Shown here: positions 50,901-64,000 of the stretch, piece after piece
Layout: each line of letters begins with the position of its first letter
How positions within the stretch are numbered: position 1 is the first letter of the stretch
Assembly: GCA_043228905.1 (NCBI GenBank)
Contig: JBHGNT010000013.1
Coordinates: forward strand, 19,530,001-19,594,000
From: Azolla caroliniana
Lineage: Eukaryota; Plantae; Polypodiophyta
DNA: 64,000 bases
Direction: 5' to 3'
Program-made: the position numbers and the translations under genes
Notes under the pieces: model-generated
The model's input: only the letters and a program-made list of their open reading frames with translations
Told to the model about the DNA's origin: nothing
The model's database searches: none

Positions 50901-53808
50901 AAGAATATGGTTTCGTAGCTAGGTGCAGTGCAACACATGTAGTATAATGTGTGAAGCATGAGCCTCCACATTTTTCCTATGTCATGATACATTGGCAATT
51001 CAAAAAGGCCTTATTCATCGACGAATCATTTGATGCATCATGAAGCAAGTGTGTTGCTTCCCAACTTCTAGACCCTTTTTTCATATCTTGTATCCAATTG
51101 GAACACAACTTTTTGCTTTTATGTGTTGTTTGGATATTTTGCTTGCTTCCCATGCGCTTTAGGAAGTTTATGTGAGACTTTTTTGAACCCTTGCATTTAC
51201 TCAACAACCATTAAAGAGAAGATAAAGATGGTTGCATCATAGGGACAAATCTATTGTCGTAGAAATTATTTGATAATTTCATGCATATCAGCAGGCTACA
51301 AACACACAAAATCAGGACAAATGTAGTATATAACATTGAATATACTTTATATTCCTATTGTCTATGATAGATGATAACAGGGAAGTCCAGTGAATCAGTG
51401 AACCAAGCATTTTAGAGCCATGTATCTCAAATTATATTGAGGGCGATAGTTGCTCCATTTCTATGTCCACTATAAGCAGTCGGTGATTCACAAAGTAGTA
51501 TTGTTTCCAACCTATTATTTCGGTCTGGCTATGAACTCTTATCATTATTCCTTGTTTTGTTTTGTTTTCATTTTCCCCCAGGTATGTTCATGGTGATGTT
51601 AAACCAGAAAATCTATTGCTTGGACTTCCTGGATCAGCTGATGAGAAAAAGATTTTCTTGATTGATCTAGGTCTAGGTTAGTGCAATATATTTGCAATCC
51701 TATTTAAATTTTCCGTCATAGATATCACTTCTAATCTGAATTTGTTTTGCAGCAACAAGATGGAGAGATAGCTCCACTGGGCAGCATGTTTTGTATGACC
51801 AAAAGCCTGATGTTTTCAGGTCAAAATTTGCATTCAATTCTTCCAACTTAATCTTTGTTAAGGAGTTTCAACAAATTGCTGGGGAAACTTATTTATTTCT
51901 GCACATGCACATATTTATGTTGCAGAGGAACTGTTCGTTATGCAAGTGTCCATGCTCATTTGGGTCGAACTGGCAGTCGGAGGGATGATCTTGAGTCCTT
52001 AGCATACACTTTAATATTTTTGTTGAGAGGTCGTTTGCCTTGGCAAGGATATCAGGTTCTACTGAATATCTTTTTTTCATTGCTAAATGTCCAGATATCT
52101 AGGGAGTTCTAAATAATAAATTATGTCTATATATCAATCTATTATGTCTTTGTATATGGCATACAATATCCTAGCAATTGTACAGCCCTTACAGATGTCG
52201 AGTGACTTGTATGTTTTTCAGGGTGACAACAAAGGATTTCTAGTCTGTAAGAAAAAGATGTCTACATCACCCGAGATTCTATGCTGTTTTTGTCCACTTC
52301 CTTTCAAGAAATTCCTTGAGGCAGTTGTAAACATGAAGTTTGATGAGGAGCCTAATTATGCAAAACTGGTATCCCTTTTTGATAGTACTATAGGACCAAA
52401 TCCAGCATTAAGACCCATCAACACAGATGGTGCCCAAAAGGTGTGCAGCACCTTTTCTGCTATTTGTCTTGGTTTGAAATTTCAATTACATGCTACCAGC
52501 TAGCTCTTTATCATTAATTTCTTATTATCTACTTGTTTGAATGCCAGATCGGTCAGAAACGTGCGAGGTTAATTCCTGAAGAGGAAGAAGACGATCAGCC
52601 TAGGAAGAAAATTCGCCTAGGGATGCCCTCTACCCAGTGGATTAGTGTGTATAATGCTCATATGCCTATGAAACAAAGGTCAGTAAAGGTCAAGTATTGG
52701 ATGGTATAATGGTTTTTTGATAATAGTGTCTGCTTTCTGCTGATCTTAACTATTGTGGCGCATGTCATATCTACTAGGTATCATTACAATGTTGCTGATA
52801 ATCGGCTAGCTCAACATATTGAGAAGGGCAGTGAAGATGGATTATATATCAGCAGTGTGGCGTCGTGTAATAACCTGTGGGCACTTATAATGGATGCTGG
52901 AACTTCGTTCACAGCCCAAGTCTATGAACTCTCTCCAAACTTCTTACACAAGGTGTTTCATTTTGTCTGAATATATACTCTATTTTAACATTAGGTCCAC
53001 ATGAAATAGCTAAGTTTTACCTGCATTTGAGTATCTGTAGGAGTGGATCATGGAACAGTGGGAGAACAACTATTATATAAGCGCAATTGCAGGAGCTAAT
53101 AATGGCAGTTCATTGGTGGTAATGTCTAAAGGTTAGTAGGTGATGTCATCATGATAACAAAAATGATGGGCATATCTTGTGCTGACAGTGCTGTAACAGG
53201 AACACAATACACTCAACAATCATATAAAGTAAGCGACTCTTTCCCTTTCAAGTGGATCAATAAGAAGTGGAAGGAGGGGTTCTATGTCACTTCTATGGCC
53301 ACTGCTGGAAACCGATGGGGTGTGGTCATGTCACGCAATGCAGGCTTCAGTGACCAGGTGAGTTTAGATGTTTTTTGATACCCCTATGGTTTTGCTAGCT
53401 TTTGAAATCCTGATTAAAAGATGGAATGCCTCCAGTAATGACACATTAGACAAACTAAATCCATCATTATTTCTAGGTGGTGGAACTTGATTTTCTATAT
53501 CCAAGTGAAGGCATCCATCATCGATGGGATAATGGGTATCGGATCACAGCAACTGCTGCAACATGGGACCAGGCAGCTTTCATTTTAAGTGTACCAAAAA
53601 GAAAACCAGTTGATGAGACTCAGGAGACACTCCGAACATCTGCTTTTCCCAGTACTCATGTGAAGGTTGATGCCAACCTGTCCCGTTAGATTTATTTTGT
53701 AACTGAGACTTACCATCTAACAATTAATAATAATTGGCTTTGTTTCAGGAAAAATGGTCAAAGAACCTCTATTTAGCTTCAGTTTGTTATGGGCGAACTG
53801 TTTCATAG
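47990..53808 (+). CDS. MLK: Plant-specific casein kinase 1-like MUT9-like kinase (MLK/PPK/AEL; HD16/EL1 family), 16 exons
   Basis: Exons 47990-48727, 48825-48950, 49030-49103, 49183-49252, 49330-49385, 49473-49544, 51582-51676, 51753-51819, 51926-52055, 52222-52440, 52548-52678, 52778-52952, 53041-53131, 53200-53357, 53477-53665, 53749-53808. Motifs [66 protein letters not shown] and C-terminal CYGRTVS*. Confidence 0.96.
50030..50275. repeat. ~133-bp tandem duplication in kinase intron 6
   Basis: AATGAGTACA.TCAATGATCAA.CATGTTTTG...CTCTGGCTTAGAAACTTT occurs twice. Confidence 0.8.
50470..51210 (-). mobile_element. LINE 3' remnant (same family as 11900-12780) with duplicated ~123-bp end
   Basis: [33 protein letters not shown] parallels the 12540-12720 segment. 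Cys/His motif LCTFCPKQV at ~50740. GAGTGCATACTGTGAC...CATTATATTGGTTCT.A.ACTACT occurs twice. Confidence 0.65.
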
Positions 53809-56800
53809 ACTTTTGTATACAATGAATTATATACATTGCTGAGGAGATATTGAAAGAGCGACCGCACTGTTAACCAACATAGAAAGAAAGTCTTGTAATC
53901 TTTTGTATTTCGAAAGGAACACAATGAAGCTGCTTCAAATGCGCAGCTTGCAGGATTTGTCAAGGCTGGCTTTGTACCCAAAATGTAGGGTCCTTATTTT
54001 GATTTCCAGTGAAGGGCTTTTTTGATGCTCAGCTTAATAGTAGGCATTTGATGGCAAATCCTGTGCTCTGGGGTTTCTGCAGCCTGGATGCGCTTAGCCT
54101 AATACAAATCTTGTGTACTTTGCCAGGTAATCTGGAATGTTACCAAGTTGCAGTTTCTGAATGATTGTTAAGTGTGCAACATCAGTAATATTTTTTGTGG
54201 GTATGTTTGCTGAGCAGCTTTCTAGTTTTCTTTCCTTTTCCATTGAGTTTTTCTTTAGGCTATTTCAAGCGTATATCTTTCTCTCATTTTGTGTGCATGG
54301 AATCTTTGTAGATTGCCTGTGGCTGTGTGCTTTCTTGGTGGTTAGTCTTTTATAATACTTGTCAATGTTTTTTCTGCAGGGCCTTGGTAAGAAGACTCTT
54401 AGTAGAGAGTTTGGATCATCATTTAGGCCTGACATATTTTTTTGCCTTTGTTTTACCTGGTTCTTCCAGTTTATACCGTTTCGTAAAGTATTTCCCCATG
54501 ATTTTCCAGTTTCCCGTCTTCCTTCCGAGTAGTTTTAGTTCTTCCTTAATACTCCCCTACAACACAGACAGACACAAATGCACACATACAGGCGTATATA
54601 ATCTTTTTTTGATCTCCTCTATTTTGTGAAGGATGTGTGTTCCAATTTAGTGTGTCGGCTTTCTTATTGTGTAGGGCACATATTTGGAGACAGTGAGCCG
54701 TTGAGTATTAGCAAAATATTCAGAGTCTTATATCTTATCCAATATACGTTGATATTTCTAAACTCTAAACTTCCTTCAGAAACTATGCAATTTTTTTTTC
54801 TAATTGATAGGCCTAGTTTCTTTACATTGGCGTGTTGGTTTTTTAACTTCAAGCCATTTATATGGGGCTAAACTTGTGAAACTTTTGCAGAGCAATTAAA
54901 AATAAGGTCTAGCATTATGCGCTTTGGGCCACAACTATATAACAATTAACAAATTCAATCCACAGTGTGACCATCGGCATGTTTTCATTCTTCACACAAA
55001 ACTAACGTTCATGTGTTTTGTACTATTTCCTAACCTTGTACTTGTCAACATTTTTGCATTCATCTTTTAGAATATTTGTAATATTAGTGAAAAAAAATCA
55101 TGAAGCATGAAAAAATCCGTACATTTGTGTAATGGTAAAATAAAGTTAAAACAGCTAAAAGCGTTTATTTGATGGAAGTGCAGTAAATGAATGTTAGAAA
55201 TAAGTCCAAGATAGGGCCTAAACACGTGGCCATTGAACTATAATACTAATGCTACCAATTTAGTTGTAACCAACCTTGAACTCATGATACCAACGCTCTA
55301 ACCAAGGTCCAAAAAATGCAGCGAATATTTCTATAAATATCTCCATGGAAATGCATGTGTATGTGATGCATTAGTGAAAATGCCTCATGAATGCAAATAT
55401 TTCAATCTATGCTTGTAATGTTGTCACTAGCTTCCAAACATTAGTTCATGGATTCAATACCATTTTTGTGAAGACCATCTATAGAGAAGTAGTATTGAGG
55501 GTTGGTGTTGGTGAGAGAATACAAACAATCCATGTGGGCATTGGTGTACCTGAGCTTAAATGGATGACATTGATGTTATGAATCACAAACTTTAACATGA
55601 AATCAATTTCGTTGTATTACAAAGATGTTAGCCAACCATCGATGGCAATGGTTTGTGTTGGTAGAAATCATAAACAACCCTTACGAGCATAGGTGTTACT
55701 AGTTTGGATTTGTAACTAAAGCACAAGCTTCAACATTATATAACTTAGGTTGGACCAATAATGTATGCATCCAAAATATTATCTTAAACAAGCAAAAAAC
55801 TATCCCGAACTCTTAGGTCCCATTAAATGGCCATGAAATATGATATAAGCACAAGTTCCATATGGTTTGCCATGTATTTATGTACCTTTGACAAGTAATT
55901 TAATCTCCATTTCATATGGATTGCCTAAAGCTCAACACCGTTCCATGTTTAGGGAGGTATACAATATTGTGTCTTTCTTTTGAACACTTGCCTATTTTCC
56001 TTATGGTCATTCCAACAATACACGTCAACTAGAGATGTCCAACTTTGCAAGCATGATTGTTTATTAGTCCATTTGATTGTGTTGGCTCCTTAACAACAAT
56101 TGCTTAGCTATAATCGACACATATGATGTCACAACAATGTGCATTGTGGAGGCAATAGTAGAGATGATTGCAAATGTATGGAAAAAAATGCAATAGGCAC
56201 ACACAACACCTTGTTCCATTTTATAGATTAATGTCCGAGATGGCTCCTTGGATTATGCATGAATGTTTAAAGCAAAGAATATGATAACATGCTAGAGAGT
56301 TTTCTATATAAAAATAGCAATAGGCATCTACAAAAATTTACAACGTTTCTAATGAATATAGACACGTGAAAGACATTAGATCCAATACCAAGCTAAAGTG
56401 CATCCTTGGAAACCAATGTCAAGGCATAATAGTTGGGGAATCGAGATTTATTGGCATGCAGTACCCAATAGGCATTGTTGCTCATTACACATTGATATAT
56501 CCTACATTACTTTTAGACTTGATTCTAATTCCAAATGTTTAAATAATTGTCTCTACTTGTGGATTGATCAAAGCTCTCTATCGGTAATCTACAACAAATG
56601 AATAGCGGAAGGATATTATCCTTAAAGAAATGAAAGAATTGAGTATGATTTTAGTTTTTTTGTTCTTGTTGAGGCAATCCCCTTTGAGGAGTGACATAAT
56701 CGAACCACCCCAAATTCCAATTATATATGTTGTTTGAGCAATTATATGGGCAATTTGTTCTCCTTTTATCTCATTTGAGTGTTACACAAATAAAATTAGG

Positions 56801-59800
56801 GAATGTAAAGAAAACCTAACTTTATTTTGAAGTTTTCTTGTAAAGAGCAATAACAACAACCTTGCATGGAGATAATAAAGCAAGAAATTCAAAACATGTG
56901 TGAGTAACTTTTGCACACATAATGTACACTAAGAAAAAAACAATGAACTTGATTTATGAATAGGCGTTGTGGCAAAGATGTTGTAGACATAATGTTAGGG
57001 ATTAATTCAGAAGCTAATTTTAATGGTTAAAGTGTAGGGTAAGTGGGAAACTAGTTATCCTAGGATTTGGGACAAACCCATGTGGACCTATGAGACACGG
57101 GAACATGTGATGTTCTAGGAGCCTTACATGTTAGGCTATCTATATAAAGGGGACTAACAACCTCCTTCAGTATAAGTTATAACACCGTGAACCATCATAT
57201 AAAACATCGACTTGGTTTAGCATATGTTTATAAGAATAGGCCGCCTCTTCCTGAGCAATTTAGCATGCTTGCCAAATGTGGTGTTCTACCTCGATCAATG
57301 TTTATCATATATGATGATTGACTTATCGTCGGACCTTAGTCACATAGACTCACTTGATCAAGATATAAGATACATAATAAAAGAGGAACAATGAAAACTT
57401 AACACCAAAATAATTGAGGAGATTGAGCAATAAGCACTCAATAATTAAGAGTTGGAGAGATTAATGATACAATTACCAATATAAATATAAAAGGTTTTCC
57501 CTTAAAAAGATAAGCGTTGATACACTAAATTACAATTGGGGAGAACAAAATAGACATGTGTGTATCAAGTAGACTCCAAGGGGTTCTGTGAGGGCATTGA
57601 ATGCTATTTCACATATAATTTCCACACATGCTTGTTATTCTAATACTTTCATGATAAGCACATCAATTTGCTTGTCTAACTTACATTCCCAAAAATAGTA
57701 GCTCACCAAACTACTTTAGGATTCCTGCTTCACAATAGTTGGATTTACAGATCTAATCTACGTCCTGTTGGATGGGCAACAAAATGCAACGACATTTCTA
57801 TGTAGTAGCTCTAACGTTGTATGTAGTAATAGGTTCATGTATGAAGGTATCAAAGAGGATGGACCATAGAATCAAGTGCTAAATGACCACAATATGGCTA
57901 TAACGAAGAAAGGTAGGATCCAATGAGCGGTAAATTAAGAAGTGTTATAGAAGCGGAGGACAATATTTCACCCCACCGTCAAGTATCAAAAGAAGATGAA
58001 AAAAAAACGGAGTATATATATACTATGAGGATTTATTTAAAGGGATACATGATTGGTCAACAATTTAATGGTGATGAAGATATCTCTTCAGTTTAGTTGT
58101 GTGGATATGTTTTTATATTCATATATATGTATGCATGTGCACATTTGACCAATTTCAATATCCTTGTGTGTGTGTGTGTGAGCGTGCGCGCCTCAACTTT
58201 TGAGTATAAAGGTATAAGTTTCTCCTGCAAATGAATGAATGAGAGCCTCAAATTTGACTATTCCACATAGGGGCAATGGCTCATTTTGAGCATGTTTTAA
58301 CCATTTTCCCTCGATGACATAATTGGCATATGCCGTATTTGTCACACTATCGCATAATAAAGCTAGTTTACAAATAAGCGAAATTTAAGAAGAGTTTTAA
58401 TTTTTTTGGGAAACATTGGCTCTACACCTCATAAATATTCTCAAGTCTACTTTATAATAAAAAAAGGTTTTCCTAGTAAACAACAAATAGTATTGAAGAT
58501 GTAATAAGCATTCACTTTAGGGAATAATAAATAGCTATGATAATATATATACATATAATTAAAAAAAAATGAAAACTCGGATTCCTCTACTTCGAAGTTA
58601 CTTACTACCTTTTGTACGTAGCATGACCAAAGCAACAAACAAATAGGTTTGTTGTTAGAGACTCAACAAAAGGAATGGTATCACCATCGATACACTTACA
58701 CGTAACAAGACATACCTATATCTACGTAGACATGTATGTATATATTATATAAGTAACAAACAATGATGTGGATAGCACAATGTGGTGCACTAACTGCCGT
58801 CCCTATTATCAAATAAAAAACTCAACTTTGTTTCCCAAATGCAATGAACAACCAAACACCCTCTCTTTTTTAGCCCTTTGATATATGGAGCCAAGTTTTC
58901 CCTCCTTCGTGTTTATGCTAAAATAGAGGATTTAAAAGAACTCCTTACAAAAAGAAAGCAATATAGGTAGCATGGCCTAAATTTGACGGGTTAGTATTAA
59001 TGTGTTTTGACGGGCATTTTTTAAATATGCATGTCACATGATATAAGAGTGCAAAAACTAACATGTCATTTGACATACAATTTTTTTAAATGAAAAGCTC
59101 TATATAATGCTACATTGGTATACATTTCATTACTATAAAAAGTAGGCAAAGATACACAAATCACCATAACTACCTCACAAAGATAACAAAATACATAAAA
59201 TAAATATCGTGTTAATGTTTTTTTAAGCCAAAACACAACCAAGATTTGTATCGATAATCATAATTCATTCTTGCAAAGTGGATACAATAATCATCAAACA
59301 AAAAATCATACAAATTGAATACTAAATCATCATATATTATGTAAAACCCAAAAACATAAAAAAATGCTTATCATACCTTGACCCGTCGTACTAAGCACTG
59401 TGCAGTATGTGTCTACTTCAATGATACTATCCTTGTCTCTTTCTCTTCAAACCAAAGGTTAAAACTTAAGTATATCCTTCCAACAAATGTTTGATGTCTC
59501 TTGAGCATTTAAGGATATAACTTCATATAAGTATGTTGTACAAAAACATATAATATATTATTATACACACATCATTGATATAAGTGTGTTGTACAAAAAC
59601 ATATAATATTATTATACACACATCATTTTACATAGTCATGACTCATACATATATTTATATGTGGCATATGTGTGTGAGTCATGAAATGGAAAATAGAATT
59701 TTAGCACGTCATTTGAAATGTATAAAATTTAGGAGCCTTTCACATAAAAATGGAAACTTTACCTCTTCTATGTCACTTGTCGAACATTTTTGTTGGGTGT

Positions 59801-60119
59801 ATGTTTTTGATGGGCCACGTATGATACCTGTCAAATTTTCGACCCAATGGGTAGGGCAAGAACCTCATAAATATGACATTGTTCGGATTTTTTTAAAAGA
59901 GAAACAATGAATGAAATGAACCTTACAAAAAGGTGATTGGACATTCTCTACTTTATGATTGAATGGATGAACAAAGTCTTCCAACATGGCCCATGGAACC
60001 AACCAACAAAAAAGCACATTGTTATAGTTCCTTGCGTTTGTTTGAACTTTTAATTCCGCACATACTTAGGAACACAAACAAGAGGGAGAGAAAGAGATAG
60101 ATAGATAGATAGATAGACA

Positions 60120-60391
60120 ATGCATTCACCCATTGGATCACTTGTAGTGGTGGTGGTGCTAATGCTAGTGGTTTTCTCCGCCTCCAATTTGTCGGTGGCG
60201 GATGCCCTATCTCCTCCTTATCCTCGTCTCAAGCTCTCTGGTATCATCATCCCTGGCTTTGCTTCATCGCAGCTCCGAGCTTGGGCCCATTTGGATTGCC
60301 CCTTCTCCCCATTAGGTTTCAAGCCGCTCGACTTGGTTTGGCTCGATACTAGTAAGGTATACATATATATGTACACCTTCCCCTTTATCCT

Positions 60392-60425
<34 letters not shown>

Positions 60426-63400
60426 CTAGCTATATTTGCCTTAATGCCAAAGATTTTCTATTGATTCAATGGAATTCTGGCCCCAAGTTCTGTATAATTC
60501 CCCATGGGCTTCCAAATTCGGATTTATATTTACATTCCTGATCCTCCATTTCTGCACACTTTTAAGTAATTATATTTTTCAGTAAGGAATTTCCGCTGAT
60601 TTGGCTGTAAAGTTTTCCATCAGATTCTGCAATGTTATGTATAGGAAGTAATTTCAATTGGGTTAAGTGAGCAAATTCTATTGATTGATTGATTTCATTT
60701 GAGTGACCCTTGGTCAATTTCAAACGATTAATCCCTCTGCTCAAATCTTATAGGTTTAATAGTACAAGATGAAGATAAAGAGATTAATCAATTAATTCCA
60801 CTACTCAAATCTTATAGGCTTAACCGTGACCCAACCAAACCAAAGGAAAACCTCTTTTAAAACACAGTCACTGTTCATAGAAAATTGTTGATCCTATATT
60901 AGCATGAAAATACAAGATCAAGATAAAGAGATTAAACGATTAATCCCTCTACTCAAATCTTATAAGTTTAACAATGGGCCAAAAAAACCAAAGGAAACAT
61001 CTTTTAAAAAAGTCAGTGTTCATAGAAAAAGTGTCTGATCCTATACATATTAGCATGAAAATACAAGATTAAGATAAAGAGATTATAGTCATTGCCAATC
61101 CCACAAATGGTTTACAAGAAGTTGTGATCAGGTGATATCAGTTCCAAATTGCTGGCTTAAGTGCATTCTCTTAGACCCATTCAACCAGACTGACCACCCA
61201 GAATGCAAGTCCCGCCCTGACATCGGCCTTTCAGCCATCACAGAAATCGACCCCGGTTACATCACAGGTTTGCCTCACCCTTCATTTTTGACTTATACAT
61301 TCATCATCATGTCACACACACACACACACACAGACTTTTGCATAAATGCACACACATATGAGTATCATGAAGACTTGATGTATGTCAGAAAACTAAATTG
61401 TTTTTGTGATAATGACAAAACACATAGGGACATTGTCTTCTGTTTGGAGAGAATGGATCCATTGGCTTGTGGAATTCGGCATCGATGCTAATGTAGTCAC
61501 TCCCATGCCATATGATTGGAGACTGCCCGGTCCTTTGCTAGAGAAACGAGACTTGTATTTCTACAAACTCAAGTTTGTACTCCAAAATTTCCTAATCCTA
61601 GCCAATTATGCAAGTATGTATGTCTGTAAGAAAAGTCAGTAAAGAAAGTAAAGTAAATATGCATGCATGTCAATATCTGTATGTATTTGTGTGTATGCAT
61701 GTATGTGTATATATGTGTATGTCTGTGTTTGTATGCATGCATGTGAGTGTGTGTATGTATGTAATGTATGTATGTATGTGTGTGTGTGTGTGTGCTCCAA
61801 TGGATAAAATTCTGAATGTACTACAAGCATTTAGTTCGAATTATTTTGCTATGACCATAAATTCGCAGAATTGCATTCGAAACTGCTTTGAAGCTACATG
61901 GGGGACCAGCCCTGGTATTTGCTCATTCCATGGGAAACAATGTGTTTCGGTACTTTCTGGAATGGCTGAAGCTTGACATTGCACCGAAACATTACCAAAC
62001 TTGGATTGATGACCATATCTATGCATACATTGCGGTTTGCATCTTACTGGAAACCTATCTAACATCTCTTCAAACATACAATCTTTATTCACACTTCTTA
62101 ATTCCTTCTTTTTTCTCTCTTCCTTGACCTTCCTTCCATAGGTAGGGTCCCCATTCCTTGGGTCAGCGGAAGCTCTGAAGGGAACGATGTCCGGACTGAC
62201 TTTTGGTCTACCAATGGCAGAGGTCAGTCAAGCATCCATTCACAATCTAATTACACTGTTAGAAACACAATTGATTCTAAGAGAATTTTGATCCCCCATG
62301 TTAATGAGAGATTTTCGCTGGAACCCACAGGGCACTGCCCGTCGGATGTGCAATTCATTCGGAGCTTCATTGTGGATGTTACCTCTATCGGAACACTCCT
62401 ATTCCGAAAACCTCGGAAAACCTAACTGCCGAAAAGACAACCGTGATCTGACACACCATTTCGCATGGCCCGTAGATGTTGCAGAAATCCACATTCCCGA
62501 AGAGCATGGTAAATTTCAGAAAACCGAAGACACTTCGGGAATAAAGCCATCATGACCATTCATTCTAGATACATGTTTTATTTACCAAGCAATAACCTTG
62601 TGATTTAGTTGTAGAAACCGATTGCTCAACTAGTTCAGCAAATCATAACAATATCATAAACGGAATGGACATGTGTTATGCAAGCACATACACAAAACGG
62701 GGCTTCTCGGCAGCGGATGTTGCAGATGGCACTCTTTTCAAAGAAATGAGAAAATTCGATGCAGACGGAGAAGCAGTCCTTCATCAATTGAAGAAGTAAG
62801 TCATCATCATCATCATGTACCCTCTTGAGCATATGCAAGGATCTTAATTGAAGAAGTAAGTCATCATCATCATCATGTACCCTCTTGAGCATATGCAAGG
62901 ATCTTAATTGAAGAAGTAAGTCATCATCATCATGTACCTCTTGAGCATATGCAAGGATCTTAATTGAAGAAGTAAGTCATCATCATCATGTACCCTCTTG
63001 AGCATATGCAAGGATCTTTTGTGTTTTTTAGCCCCTTCTTCTTCTACATGACCACAATATAGGTCCATTTTGACTCCAGCAGACCCATTTGAGTAGGGCC
63101 TTTTAAAGTCGGTTTCTTCCTTACACAAGGTGAAGAGCTTCACTGCCTTACTTTCCCATGCTCCCTGTGAACTTTGGGAATGGGAGAATTGAGGTGGCCC
63201 ATTTGACAGATGCAGATCGGGACCTTCTGCGCCTCTTGCAAGAGAAAGAACCATACAAATAGATGTCTGTATGCCCAAGCAAGTTGGGCAAACAACCTAT
63301 TGTAGTAGTAGTACTCCACCATGGCTTCTTGGAGTGTGGCTCATGTCCTATGGCTAGGAATTCGCCAACGGCTCGGCTCAAGCCTAAACCGAACCTCAGT

Positions 63401-64000
63401 GGTTCCGCGGTTCGGTTTAGGCTTGAGCTTCGTTAACCGGTTCGAGCTCGGTTTGGGATTCGCTCAAATCAGTAACCAAGCCGTGTAAGGCTTACTCGGC
63501 TTGGCTAAACCGGTTTAGGAACCGGTTTGGAAACCTTGAAACATGTTTAGGCTTAACCGGTTTGGTCTCGTCCGCCGAACATTGAACCATTGTCGATTCC
63601 TACCTATGGCCTTAGTTTGTAAAAACGATTCGGCACAAATCTGTACACCGAAGGACCAGATGCCCCAACTTCACGTCTTGATCCAAAATGAGTCCTCGAT
63701 GTATCCATTGTTACCCGATCTTCATGTGCTTTAATATGTAGTTGTGTGGGGAGGGTTGAGAATTGTTTTTGAGTACATCACAATGTGGAAATGGCCCAAA
63801 TGCCCGTACGTACTTTGACTTTCTGGGTTGCGCCATGGTGTGACATTGCAAGAACTCAACTTTCTCTTTGACCTTGCAATCATCTTGTTTTGTCTAGTTG
63901 ATGTGGAAGAACATTGTATTTGTTTGCAATAACCATGCAACTTTGATTGTCACAAGCTATTTGCGCCGATTTTGGCTCTTTCAACTTAGAACTCCAACAT
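60120..64000 (+). CDS. PSAT1: Phospholipid:sterol O-acyltransferase (LCAT/PDAT family), 5' part; continues beyond the window
   Basis: Exons 60120-60356, 61132-61267, 61428-61572, 61869-62034, 62142-62222, 62331-62508, 62615-62795. Signal anchor, KLSGIIIPGFASSQLRAW, DHPECKSRPD.GLSAITE.DPGYITG, PYDWRL, catalytic AHSMG, LHQLKK. The expected next exon was not found in the window. Confidence 0.92.
60720..61090. repeat. ~150-bp tandem repeat (~2.5 copies) in PSAT1 intron 1
   Basis: TACAAGAT.AAGATAAAGAGATTA and CTACTCAAATCTTATA...AAACCAAAGGAAA recur. Confidence 0.75.
62786..63018 (+). repeat. 4 x ~60-bp tandem repeat spanning an exon/intron junction
   Basis: AATTGAAGAA|GTAAGT(CAT)nGTACCCTCTTGAGCATATGCAAGGATCTT at 62786, 62846, 62906 and 62962. 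Confidence 0.95.
63355..63602. mobile_element. Non-autonomous hAT-type MITE (248 bp) with perfect 8-bp TSD
   Basis: TSD CCTATGGC at 63347-63354 and 63603-63610; TIRs TAGGAATTCGCCAACGGCTC / GAACCATTGTCGATTCCTA; AACCG/CGGTT subterminal motifs. Confidence 0.92.

Noticed and set aside
63062-63340. Next PSAT1 exon after AG at 63061-63062
   Set aside because: In-frame stop within 11 codons and no Y..DPV.NPL.PW.RPP motif; the true exon probably lies beyond 64000, so the gene is not called a pseudogene.

Overview
AT-rich, intron-containing land-plant nuclear DNA. A fern is my inference from the recalled LINE family, gene set and SSR-rich compact introns; it is not verified. Seven spliced or single-exon genes can be traced by hand: a PX-domain EREX-like RAB5 effector (-), a single-exon membrane-anchored TPR protein (-), an IQ67-domain protein (-), a plastid FAD5/ADS-type acyl-lipid desaturase (+), a methyl-CpG-binding-domain protein (-), a MUT9-like/HD16 casein kinase 1 (+) and the 5' part of a PSAT1-like sterol acyltransferase (+). 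Intergenic and intronic space holds decayed Ty1/copia, LINE and hAT remnants, three related hAT-type MITEs (one with a perfect 8-bp TSD), a tRNA-like repeat array, microsatellites and many local tandem duplications. No prokaryotic-type system (CRISPR etc.) is present. The best leads, all hypotheses, are: an MBD domain split by a 6.6-kb TE-filled intron with a 6x108-bp array downstream, a MIRNA-like intronic hairpin, a quadruplicated splice donor in PSAT1, and uORFs abutting the kinase start codon. Exon coordinates were read by eye and may be off by a few bases.
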